Assembly (NCBI RefSeq): GCF_018977255.1
Contig: NW_024704743.1
Coordinates: forward strand, 53,756,001 to 53,820,000
DNA: 64,000 nt
Direction of reading: 5' to 3'
From: Callorhinchus milii
Taxonomy: Eukaryota
Shown: piece by piece, positions 39,611 through 51,425 of the stretch
Numbering within the stretch: position 1 is the stretch's first letter
Layout: each line of letters begins with the position of its first letter
Notes under the pieces: generated by a model
What the model was told of the DNA's origin: nothing
What the model saw: only the letters and a program-made list of their open reading frames with translations
Database searches by the model: none
Program-made: the position numbers and the translations under genes

Positions 39611-42273
39611 ATTGGACTGCTGCATTCATCTAGGGGGCACACAGTTACTACACTTTACAGTTTATCCTGTGAAGCACATTGGGACATCCTCCTGATGTGA
39701 AAGGCACTGTTACAAATTAAAACTTATTGATGTACTCAGAGAGGGTTCAGAGTAATAAACTTACACAATGAGGAAAACCTTCCAGAACTGAACTTGTTTT
39801 CACTGGAGAAAAGAAGATTGAAAGGGAGACGTAATCCAACTCTTTATATCCTGAGATCACAAATAATGTAGTTATAAACTGGCTGTTTAACCTTTGAACA
39901 CAGAACTAAAGATCACCAGTATAAAACGCAGAAACAGTGGGTGTGTGGAATGAACTCCTATTTATATCCTATCCCCTTCTCACCTTCCCTGGCTCTCATC
40001 CCCCTCGGGTCCTCAACCAACTGATGAAGTATGTTTAGACATCCTCCAGATGAGAAAGGCACTATATAAATGTGTATTGTATTGTATTGAGTTGCAACAC
40101 AGGTTATGGTGATTAATCGCCAAATGTGCAGTACAAACACAGCACGTGTTGGCCAAATGTGCAGTATAAACACACCACATGTTTGCGATTGGGCCATTTG
40201 GTGTGAGTTCTTTCTCTCTTGACAATACCTAAATAATTAGTCCTTTACTTTCAGCACCACCTCACTTCCTCGTGACTGGAACATTGAGCAGAGTGGTAGA
40301 ACGTCATGGAGAATTCAATGCTCATTTTCTTGGCTTTTCACTTCAAGGGCATTCAGGATCTGCAACAGACCTGAAAGCATTCGAGAAGAAACTTTTAGTT
40401 CTTACATCTTCTAAGCTTCTAAAGAACCTTTCTTCTCAATGCTTTACTTTATCTGACTGAAAACAGACATTTATGCAAAAATAAGTAATTTAGTTTTTTT
40501 TTGATCTTGTCTGCAAAGTATCTTCTGTGAATGGGGGTGAGAAACCATTTAAAACTGGTGGAATTAGTTGTTTGCAGATAGGCAAACAGAGTTAGGATCA
40601 TTCAGGGTCACTTTAACTGCACTGAAAGTCTGGCCATGATCCTTTGACATTTAAACAGTACAAGGTCAGAAAATAATTTTCACCCTTCGATTATGGAAAC
40701 TGAAGTATTGCCTTGCCTTACACAAGTCTTTTCTCAAAAAAGGAATTTGTGTGGCAAAACTATTAGTTAAGTTTTTGTTGTCAGTTCAATAAATAAAATA
40801 ATACTTGCCCCCGAGCTGAATTCAGGTAATACACAGAATGTAATCAAATTGAATCTGACATCAGGACAAGCTTTTAGACTTCATCTTATTATTTATTTAT
40901 CAGTCTTATGAGGTAGCAATAATCTTAAAAATGTATTGTGTGATGCATTATATTTCTATAAATAGAGCTTCATTTAGCAACTGTGGCTCAAACGGCTTGT
41001 TGAAAGCATGGAAAAACGCTGCATGGACACATTTATTATATCGGAGTGGGGGTGAGATTTAAGGTCACACCTGCAGCCAATGTTTAGTAAGTACTTCATG
41101 ATGCTACTCACATGAAGGATGCTACATGGATGCAATTTGTTGTTATCACTTGTCTTTGTTATCGAGTGGCCTTATTAACTGGATTAATCAACTTTGGTAT
41201 AATTGATACCTCACAGGTTCCGATTTTCACCCTGAAATCTCAAAGACCTCTTGCTACCTCAGGCTCTCATTCTGAATAATATATAGAGATATGGAGAACT
41301 TTTTTGTACAGTCTGTTTTAAATTGCTAACAAAGGGTGTTTCACTGCCCCTGTGCTACTAAGTGAGTAGCACAGAAATGACATGGGTATGTGGTGTGCTT
41401 CAGATAAGAACCTAAACCAAGGTCCTATCTGCCTGTTCAGGTGGACATTAAGTATCCCATGGCGTTATTTGAAACAGATGTTCCCCCCCACCCATGTCCT
41501 GGCCATCAACCCCCCCAAATTTGTCACTTGCTTCTTGGCTGTTTGTGGAACATTGGGTGCAAATTGACTACCATGTTTGCCTAGAAATACACAGTCACTA
41601 CACTGTACAGAAAATTCTGTGAAGCACGCAATACATTTGCAGATGTTTTTCAGAAATAGTTTCTCTTTGAAAGTACAGACTTTGTTGTCATAATTTGAAC
41701 TTTCTCTCTCCTTCTCTCTGTGCAGACTTGCTGTGTGTCATTTCCTTTTGTTACCCCCTCACAGTTAAACACTCGTTGCACACATGTTTTGCATTTCCCA
41801 GTACCGATTTGTGTTCTTTGAACTTTACACTTATTCATTTTGTGAGAGGGACAACATTGACAGTAGATGGTCTGTTACAATAAACATGGTACACTGAATA
41901 GTTCATTCACACCTTGTTCATTCACCTTGTTATGAATAAGAAACAATAATATTTTAAAAAGTCTGCTAGCCTTTGATCTTTCCTTTTTTTAAACAAAGTA
42001 GCCGATAAGACCATTTCTAAACTATCACATATCCAAGCCATCACAAAATATTTGAGAAGAATTTTTTTAACTTTGTGAAAACGAATCCGTAATTCATAGC
42101 GGGATAAAATTTGTGGCATTTCGTAAAGTGTTCCTTTTGTTAATTATGAAATGCAGCAAAATAGGAAGCCCCTCAACATTACTGTAATTACTCCTTTTTT
42201 TAAACTTGAAATGTCTTGTTATTATTTCACTCCTGTTTCTTAATACTGTGGTACAACAATTTGATTTATATAG

Positions 42274-42680
42274 TTTTTGGTCAGCTGGGTATCTGACACA
42301 TGCGGAAACCCATCACCATGCTTAAGAGTATCCAAGCCAAACTGAGAATTTCATGCATCCCACATACACGAGGAAATTCCAGAGATAGATTGTTGGAATG
42401 GAATATGAACTCTCATCCTGGAGGGACACATCCTGCTTATCCAATTCTGGAAAGTATTAGGCACAGGTTGGCAAGAGCCAAGGCTTGGGGACTCCAGACT
42501 GTGCAATGGTGTACTGCTGGAGTCTAACTAGCTAAACCACATTGTTATTGCTGTCTGGTAAGCTTTCCCACTGCTTATCCAGCTAGAACCACCCTCCCTT
42601 TAGGGTTTTGGCTTGCAGGATTAACAGGAGCTGAATGGGATGATTCCCTGGCCCCAGTGATTGGTCTGCCTTTCGAAGTA
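42274..42680 (-). mobile_element. Unclassified repeat copy
   Basis: Reverse complement ends gggtttccgcatgtgtcagatacccagctgaccaaaaa. Confidence 0.8.
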
Positions 42681-43389
42681 TAGTTCTCTTTACAACTGCA
42701 CTCAGCAACAACAAGACCAGGAAGTGCCTCAAAGTGCTGATACAGTTCTACACATTTTTTCTCTTTCACTTTGGTCATTTGAAATGGTAATTCTGCTCCA
42801 ATGGCAGATTTTCAGGCCTATTTCACATGTAGAGTATGTCCAGTGCCTTGGGACGTCCTCCTGACGTGAAAGATGCTATATAAATGTAATTTATTGTTTG
42901 TTGGGTTACTAGGTTTAATTATCTCAGATGGTTTATGGAATGTCTAGTCCAGTTGCTTTTGTCCTGTTGGAACTCACATTCAATAATTATACTCTTTGTG
43001 GGCCATGTCTTTGACTTCTGTGAGTTTCAACAGATAAATTACCCTTAAATGTTCCACTTGTTATCCACTCACGTAAAGTGCTGCAGAGGTCTTGTTATAT
43101 ATATTGCAGTGTGCTCCTTCTAAACACAAATTAATTTTAAAAGTACATTCATGGAAAAAGATTCAAAGATCTTAAATTTTATTGCCTGTTTAAAAATGAT
43201 GTTCTCAATTGACAGGCCATATCCCCACATTGAATAACTAGCTATGCCTTGACAGCATCAACTAAATGGAAAAATAAGTCTCAATGGATCTGTGTATGTA
43301 TTGCACAATACAGCAGTTTCTGTTTTGCAGCTCCTTGTGTGGTTCCCATGAAATCTCAGTGTTTCCCTCTTGTTTTCCTCTTGTAACAG

Positions 43390-43505
43390 AATGACGAAGT
43401 GAATACAGTGCGAATGAAAGAACGAGGCCAAGATGCACTCGTCCTGAAAAAAGTGTCGTCAGCTAGCCCAGCCCCCACAGCAGGGAGTGCCCAGAATGAC
43501 TGGAG
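43390..43505 (+). CDS. RAPGEF5: RAPGEF5 exon (NDEVNTVRMKERGQDALVLKKVSSASPAPTAGSAQNDWR)
   Basis: gtaacag acceptor, GAG|gtaagt donor. 116 nt, phase 0 to 2. Matches recalled RAPGEF5 DDEVTTVQVKEQDQSVLVLKKV...PAPTAGSAESHWR. Confidence 0.93.
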
Positions 43506-43642
43506 GTAAGTGGTTCACATACTCTGCAGAGCACTCAGCAGCCAGATGGATCATATCAGCTGGAATCTAACAGTGGGAAAGAAAATAATACAACACTGAT
43601 ATTATGTAATGTGCTGTCAGTTAAGAAAACAAAGCAAGCAGT

Positions 43643-43937
43643 ATGGGAAGTTCCAGACTGAGAGTTTTTGATGCCTACATACAAGACAAGGTTTCAGAAA
43701 CCTTTGAAGATACTAGAATTGTGACCTTGCCTGCATTTGATGTGCCTTATTTTAAATACATCGACGAAGATTCAGAGGATGAATGGAGTATTCCTTCCCA
43801 GTCCTCAACTGAAGATGACTCTTCTGTGGATTCTTCACTGTCTGACAGGTATGTGGTGGTGTCTGGGACCCCCGAGAAGATTCTCGAGCACCTCCTGAAT
43901 GATCTACATCTGGAGGAAGGTGAATGCAAAGAGACAG
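43643..43937 (+). CDS. RAPGEF5: RAPGEF5 short-isoform first coding exon (MGSSRLRVFD...SDRYVVVSGTPEKILEHLLNDLHLEEGECKET)
   Basis: ATG at 43643. Peptide closely matches the recalled human RAPGEF5 N-terminus (MGSSRLRVFD...FDVPYFKYIDE...SQSSTEDDSVDSLLSDRYVVVSGTPEKILEHLLNDLHLEE). Donor CAG|gtaagg. Confidence 0.93.
43849..43937 (+). CDS. RAPGEF5: RAPGEF5 long-isoform exon, REM domain start (YVVVSGTPEKILEHLLNDLHLEEGECKET)
   Basis: ctgacag acceptor inside the short-isoform exon. 89 nt, phase 2 to 1, in frame with 43390-43505 (AG+G = Arg). Confidence 0.92.
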
Positions 43938-45829
43938 GTAAGGGCTATGATTCATCAAGCTAGTAAATTGAAGATACATTAATATGCTGTGACTATAAGA
44001 TTAAACATGTTCTACCGTATTATGGCATGCCCAATACAACAACACTGTTTGAAGTTTACATTCTTCCCATTATATTTGAAAGCAAATAGTTTTGTTAACA
44101 TTTTCACTGTGGCCTGTTCTGTGTATATTTTAAACAAATACTGTGCCAGAAAGAATGTCTCGTACAACACTCCTGTTACTGCTGTTCTAACCCTTGTTAC
44201 AGTTGCAATGTGTTATAGATTGGCACTTGCAGAAAGGCAAATTCAAACCATAATTTACTCGGTTCTGACTGATCCATTCTGTGCTAGTTTTCTCTCTCTT
44301 CGTGATGCAGATCACAAAATAAGCGAAAAATAGTTCTTAATGATCTTCTTAGGACAGAAAGATCGAAAGGCTAATGACATTCACACTAATAATAATATTA
44401 GGTAGGTCCTTCAGAATTCAGAATTGGCCCAAAATAGACAGGTACAACATTGCTGCTATACATTATTAATTACAGAGGTACAATGAGACTAACATTGTAA
44501 AGCTTTCTGACAGTGAGAGATCAGCACACCAATTGTCATCTGTACCTTGACTATAAACTGTGACTGAGCAAGCATTGCCAGAATCAAGCTAAATCGAAAT
44601 TATGATTTAAGCAGAAATTGAAAATTCTACACCCTTTATAAAATAGTGGAAAAATAGTTCATACCAGAAAATTGTACAATAGAACTTTGTTTCTGCAAAC
44701 TGTTCAATATATTTCAGGCAAAGGATGCATTACAATTAATAGAGTTACTTAAACTTTTGCTAAAAAGCATTACTTTTGCTGGTAACCTTCACATTTGTGG
44801 TAAGAGTTGGATGGTAAATGTCACTGAATTTTAAGGCAGTTCTAAGTTTGGAAGTAAAGCAGGGAATTCTGAAAATGTATTGCACATCATTTTGGATTGT
44901 ATGTTATGGTTTGCAGACATTTTTAGATGAAAACTACTGTAGATAATTTCCAAACTGTAATTGTTTTCAATAAGCAATTTTATTGTCTTCACCTTTACAG
45001 ACTTATAGCAAAATAATAGATGCATATATAACCTACATTACCTGACTATTTATATATAATAATAATATAATAATCCTTGCATTTTATATAGCGCCTTACC
45101 ATGTTGTCAAAACATCGTAAAGCAGATGTACGAAATGTATACTATGTAAAATAGCATAAATATACTTTGGTTAATACATATATAAAACCTGCTTATTTCC
45201 TGTACCATTTCCATTTAATAATTATAGTGAGTCTTGAATAGATCTGTGTCGATCTAACAAGTACTCAACTTGCCACATTGTTAATAGGTTTCACCCAGTT
45301 ATCAGACATGAGCATATGATTTTTCATTTCTGGCTTTTTACAAATAATTTATGTCTAATCCCTTGTGTCAGCCTGTAATTATCTTAAACGCTCCTTCCTC
45401 CACCCCAATACTTTTGAGACACATTTTGCAGACGCCCGTGGAAAAATAAATTGGTCAACTCTCTCAGGGCAGCGTCAGCATAAATAATGTAGAAACATAA
45501 AATATATTGATGTTGCCACATCCAGTATTGTACCTTAACAGTTCAATATAAACAACACTAGCAAAAGCCATCAATGCATTCAAATGACAAGCTTTGTAGG
45601 AGAAATTCCACCAGAGTCTAAATTTACTCCATTCACTTAGTATTTCAAAGTAGGAAGAATTTGACAAATTGTGGAATTCAACCTTAAAATAACATAACAT
45701 AAATAAAAACTTCAAATTAAGACGTATTTTAGAATTTGCCGTATTCTGAACACTCTGAAATACTTCATAAATAGAGTACATCTAGACACAGGTGAAATTT
45801 TGACCTCTCTGTTTCTGAACCCTGTTTTT

Positions 45830-46285
45830 AATTTTTTGTTGTTCAGCCGGGTATCTGACACATGTGGAAACCAATCACAATGCTTAATAGCATCCAAACT
45901 AGATTGATCTATATGTTAATGTCCTGTGTCTAGATTGGAATGTGCACTCTTTTCCTGGAGGGACTCACTTTGCTTAGCTAACTTAGGAAAGTATTAGGCA
46001 CAGCTTAAACTGCACAGCTTGCCATTGAAAGACCTGTCTGACAAGCTTTCCCCTGTTTGTGCAGCCAGGTCCACCGTTCCCGTTAGGTCTTTGCCTTGCA
46101 TGGCTAACAGGAGCTGAGTAGGAAGGAATCTTGCTCTTTGTGCTCGTCTGTCCCTCCAAGGTTTGCTGATGAGCCAGGCTTGCTGGTCTGTCATCAATAG
46201 AACCTCCGGACCAGCTTGGCAGAGGATTGACTTGATTCCAGTGGTTTGTTGCTAAGCACATAACCTTGGAGCCAATTTAGTTCCA
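45830..46285 (-). mobile_element. Unclassified repeat copy
   Basis: Reverse complement ends catgtgtcagatacccggctgaacaacaaaaaa. Confidence 0.75.
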
Positions 46286-46290
46286 AGGAG

Positions 46291-46650
46291 ATAATAATAA
46301 TAATCTTTCCATTTGATACAGTGCTTTATCATGCCTTCGAGATGTCTCAAAGCGCTTCATGGAATATACTATAAAGTGAATTGACTGTGTATTTTGTGAG
46401 CAAAACGCGGCAGCCAATTGCGTGTAGCAGTGTCCCACAAACAGTCGTGGATTAAGTGACCAAATTATTATTATTTTGTGAAGGAATTATTATTCCCGGA
46501 GAAGCGATCTACCAATCGACTAACAACCGGGTTCCTACTTATTGCTATGTAAACAGAGGTGTGTGGAGTAAGGAAAGTTGCTCAACATTTTACCCTGCTA
46601 GGAATCGAACCCAAGTCCTCTTGCTTGCGAGGCGAGTGCTCTAACCACTT
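46291..46650 (-). mobile_element. tRNA-Ala-derived SINE, long variant
   Basis: Reverse-complement head agtggttagagcactcgcctcgcaagcaagag..gggttcgattcc, plus an extra internal segment at 46495-46557. Confidence 0.85.
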
Positions 46651-47329
46651 CCCCATTTACCTCCCTCCAAAGAGGACAGTCTCACCCCTAGGGAGGATAG
46701 CCTTATTTTTTGACATTGAAAGTAACGCAACTAGTACTTTGTGTTTTGTCAGTGTGTTCTACATAAAAAATATACTTTGATTTCACTGTGTCTTGTTCTC
46801 TTTTAGTATTGTGTAATATTGAATAGAAGACTTTTTTCCAGTGTAATTTAGAACACTTCTTAATACTTCATCAATTTTTAGCAAGCAACTGGCTAAAGTA
46901 TTGCAAAGATCCAGCTGTGCAATTTATTTCTATCAGTCACAATGCTGCACAGTCACAAATGCCCTGTAATATTCTTCTACCTACCATGTGATGCATACCA
47001 GACACTACAACCAGCCTGTGATTAGGTCATTCAGACAATGTAGTCACACGTTAGGACATCCACGAACAGCATATACTGTAATACAGTATAAGAACATATT
47101 CTGCTTGTAACCAACCCTGACATTCACATAACATTAATGGATTGGCTGCATGTTGGCCTAGAAAAATACACAATCACTACACTTTACAGGAACTTTGTGA
47201 GATCCTTTGAGACCTTCTGGGTGTTATAGGTGCTGTATTAAATGCTAGGATTATATTTATGTATTATTATCATGAACAGTATGGAGAAAGGCTGATATTG
47301 TAAGTGGACAATACTTGTTACAAACAGTT

Positions 47330-47720
47330 CTTCATTCTCACTTTTAAATCCCTCCACAGACTTGCCTCACCTTCCTCTGTTACCTCCTCAAATCTTATTG
47401 ACCCAGTCACTCCCTTTGCTCAGTGAGCACCAGCCTGCTTCGTGTTCCCCACCCTACCCATCCCACAGTCAATGGCCGGGTTTTCAGCCTTTTTGACCCC
47501 ACTCTTTGGAACTCCATCCTGGAGCCCATCCCTCTCGCTCCCTCTCTCACCTGGTTCAAAGTCTGTCTCAAGATCTACCTCTTTGATCTACCTCTTTTCG
47601 GTCTCTTTCCCCTCCCCACCTCTTTCAGAGTAGATGTCCAGCTTGGTGCCCAGTCATCACTGTTAACTGCTTTGGGACATCCCAAAGGCCCAGTATAAAG
47701 GTAAATTTGTACTGTATTAT
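47330..47720 (+). mobile_element. Old L2 3' fragment
   Basis: LLRVPHPTHPTVNGRVFS...PTLWNSI...FKVCLKIYLFD. Confidence 0.75.
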
Positions 47721-48818
47721 ACCAAAATAAGGTACATTTTTTAATAAAAGGGAGTGTTTCCACTTCTAATAATGTAACTACTAGACCTACACTTGTATTC
47801 ACGGTTTCTTTTTGATTAAAACACACTTTTTTCTACTTCTAACCTCCATCTGCATTGAATAATAATAATCCTTGAATTTGATATAATTTTTCGGGGGTAA
47901 TAATCCCTCCAAAAACATAATAATGTGGTACTCAATCCAAGAGTGTTTGTGGGACACGGTTGTGTGCAATTTGCTGCTGTGTTTCACCCATAAAACAGCC
48001 TACACTTTACAGTATATTCTGTGAAGTGCTTTGAGATGTCTCGAAGACGTGATAAGGCACTGTATCAAATGCAAGGATTATTATTATCATTGCAAAAAAT
48101 AAGACTATTTTACTATGCAGATAAAAAATTATTTCCAAAACACCAATCTATCACATACATGAAGAAGAAGGGAATAGAGGAGTGGGGTGGAGGGAGGGAA
48201 GGGGAGATTAGGAAGAGTGGAGGTTCGTGTGGAGTACGGCCTAATGTCATGTTTCAGTGATGTAGATTCTATGTATTTACACAAAACATTGCAATTCTAA
48301 TTCTATCTTCATCATGTGCTCTCATTTTCTTTCCTCTTTTCCTTGCCTGAAGGCAATCACTCTTGTTTGAGTACAGTTCCCTCCAATATCATAACTCCTG
48401 TGTGAGTCCAGACAATGGGTGTTTTGCAGATTATCGGTGTGTTATCCCTATATTTAACACATCCTATATATCTAGATTATTCACTCCTCCTTCAGTATTG
48501 CTCTTTTATGTTGCAAGCTTCTGCTAGATAATAATCCTTGCAGTTGAAATACCGCCTTTTATATGCCACAAACTTCATAAGCTATCCAGTTTTAGCTGGT
48601 TAGACTCCAGCAGTACCTCAGCGTACCCTCTTGGGTTCCCAAACCTTGGCTCTTGCCAACCTGTGCCTAATACTTTCCAGAATTACATAAACAACAACTT
48701 GTATTTATATAGCGCCCTTCACGCCAGACTGATGTGTCCCTCCAGGGAGGGAGGTTGTATTCCATTTCAATAAACATGTATGAAATTTCCTTATATAGGT
48801 GGTATGTAAGGAACTCTG

Positions 48819-48925
48819 AAACAAAAACAGAGAAAGCTGGGAAAACTCAGCAGGTCAGGCAGCATCTATGGAGAAAGAAAAGTGAGTCAACATTTTGGGT
48901 CCATCACGACCCTTCGTCAGAACCA
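48819..48925 (-). mobile_element. Short Penelope-like terminal-repeat insertion with 11-bp TSD
   Basis: AAGGAACTCTG at 48808-48818 and 48926-48936; contains a hammerhead-like motif. Confidence 0.7.
48884..48923 (-). ncRNA. Decayed minimal type I hammerhead ribozyme motif
   Basis: Minus strand GUU-CUGACGA-A-GGGUC-GUGAUG-GACCC-AAAA-UGUU-GAC. The expected GAAACGUU differs by two CpG-type transitions. Confidence 0.62.
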
Positions 48926-49927
48926 AAGGAACTCTGTTTGGTTTGGATACTCAAACATGGCAATGGGTTTCTGCATGTGTCAGACACCTGGGTGACATCT
49001 TTCATGGTCTCAGGGCTTCAATGTAGGATTTAGTGTAAAGGATTTAGTGTAAAGTGCAGTGACCATGTATTTGGTAAGCGAAGGATGCATAGATACCTTT
49101 AATTCCAGTGGCTTTAAGTGCAAATTTTTCCCAGTAGTCTGTTGCAGTGATTCTCCCTGTTTCTAGAGTTTCACCAATTTGACATAGTTTCTGTGGAACT
49201 TGTAGAAATGGCATTTACAGATTTGAGCAACATGGTCAAGACTGAGTGTACATCAATGCACGGAGTAAATGTGATGTAAATGCAACTTTGAGATTTTTCC
49301 TGCATTTATACTGCACGTTTCGTGGGTAGTTGTCACCAACGTACAGTATAAAAGGGGTGTAAGGCAGCTCAAATTGTGGGGAGTTGTGCTCCAAACATTA
49401 CCTGGAAAAGGTAATATCAGGAGCAGTGATATTTGCCCTCAATTCACAATAGAGCAACATTAATAGCAGCATTGACGGTGCTCAGCAATGATCTGATAAA
49501 AGTTCTCAGGCAGCCCGTGGCTGACCCAGGGACCTTGAATATTATTAAAGAGTTGGTCCTGTGAGCAAAAGATTTGTGTAGTATTTTGTAGCACAGAATA
49601 CATTGTTATATGAATTGCAATAAGATTGCAGCACAGCAAGTGTTCTCAGAATAGGAATTGTGTCCTTGTAACAAAATACAATTTGCCCAGCTTCCTCACC
49701 TCTTAGCTTGCCTGGGAGAAAGATCCTTATTTATTAATATATATATATATTATTTTTACTCCATTTTTGATATTATTATTATTTTCCACTCCATTGATTG
49801 ATGGTGTTTTCCCTGATGCCATGTGCTCATGCTCAGGCGGTGAACCAAACAAACCAGCGCCAATCTATAAATCCCTGTTATTCGGTTAGAATGTCATGCT
49901 TTCAGCATTCACTTCCTGTCCTCCAAG

Positions 49928-50757
49928 CAACAACAACAACAACAACAACAAGATTCCATTTATAAAGCGCCTTTCACGTCAGGAGGTCGTCCCAAGGCGC
50001 TGCACAGTTGGGTCATGACCCGAGCAGGGGGGGAATGGTGAGGGGAGAGAAGGGAGGGAGCGAGGAGGGGGTAGAGAGTCGAGAGGGGAGCTGAAGGCAC
50101 GGTCAAAGAGAAAGGTTTTGAGACCGGCCTTGAAGGAGGAAAGGGAGGAGGCGGCGAAGGCACTGGGGGATAAAGTTCCAGAGCCTCGGGGCTGAGAGGC
50201 TGAAGGCCCGACCACCGATGGTAGGGCGGTTGGGGCGGGGGATGTGGAGCAGAGCGGAGCCAGAGGAACGGAGGGTACGGGCAGGTAGGTAAGGGGATAG
50301 TAGGTCGGAGAGGTAGGGGGGAGCAAGGCCGTGAATGCTCTTGTAGGTGAGGATGAGGATCTTGAATTGGATCCTCTGGGGGATGGGGAGCCAGTGGAGG
50401 CGAGTGAGGGTGGGAGTGATGTGGTCCCGAAGCCTGGTGCGGGACAGTACACGAGCTGCAGAGTTCTGAATGACCTGCAGCTTGTGGAGGGAGGTGGCGG
50501 GAAGGCCGGTGAGGAGAGAGTTCCCATAGTCCAGCCTTGAAGTGACAAAGGCGTGAACCAGGGTTTCAGCAGCGTGAGGGGTGAGGTAGTGCCGTAGTCT
50601 GGTGATGTTCCGGAGGTGATGGAAGGCGGTGCCAGTTGTGTTGCGGATGTGAGGGAGAAAGGACAGCTCAGGGTCGAACAAAACGCCGAGGTTCCTGACT
50701 GGCTTTGAGAGGTGGAGAGTGCAGCCTTGGATGCTGATGGTGTCGGCGCCTGAGGGG
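49928..50757 (-). mobile_element. L2 LINE subfamily A, young, 5'-truncated
   Basis: Long open C-terminal ORF2 (VRNLGVLFD...[13 protein letters not shown]) and (TTG)n tail. Confidence 0.93.
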
Positions 50758-51356
50758 TCGCAAGGGGTCCACCTCCTCTTGAAACCCTTCCAGTCAGCCT
50801 TTGGATATTGGAAATTCACTTGACGGAGAGAGGATTAAGTACAGTTAGATTGCTTTAAAACTTCATTTTAATATTCCAAAATGATTACATATTAAAATTG
50901 GACAGCGATAATACTTTACAGTACATCCTGTGAAAATCTTTGAGACAGCCTCCTGGTGTGAAAGACGTTCTATCAGATGTAAGGATTATTTTTTAAATAT
51001 CCAACCAGACATCCTAGTTCTAATTTCTGACCTTTAATTTTCTATTCAAACCATACCTATCTGATGAGATGATTAGATTTTCTTGTAGCTTTCAATGTTA
51101 AATTGAGATCCCATAAGCTGTTCAGGTGGGTGAAACTATAAGAAAAAGAATGGATGTTTCTCCCCCCAGTGATCTGGCCAGGAATCCTCCAGATGATCTG
51201 GTCATTCACCTTCTGGTTGTTTGTGGGTCTTTGCATTGTCCAAAATGGCTAGTGCGTTTGCCTCCAAAAATAGGCACTGCAATGCGACAGTAATTACTTT
51301 AGAACTGTTTTGAAATGGTTTTACATTATAGGTGCAATGCTAAATGCAAGTTGTTT

Positions 51357-51425
51357 TCCTTGCTTCCTTGCTTCCTTGCTTCCTTGCTTCCTTGCTTCCT
51401 TCTTCCTTCCTTCCTTCCTTCCTTC
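51357..51425 (+). repeat. Compound microsatellite (CTTGCTTC)n-(CTTC)n at a SINE tail
   Basis: Read directly from the sequence. Confidence 0.9.

Larger units (their letters stand above)
48583..48995 (+). mobile_element. Unclassified repeat copy hosting an L2 tail and a hammerhead-bearing insertion
   Basis: Family sequence is interrupted at about 48690-48735 and at 48819-48925. Confidence 0.75.
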
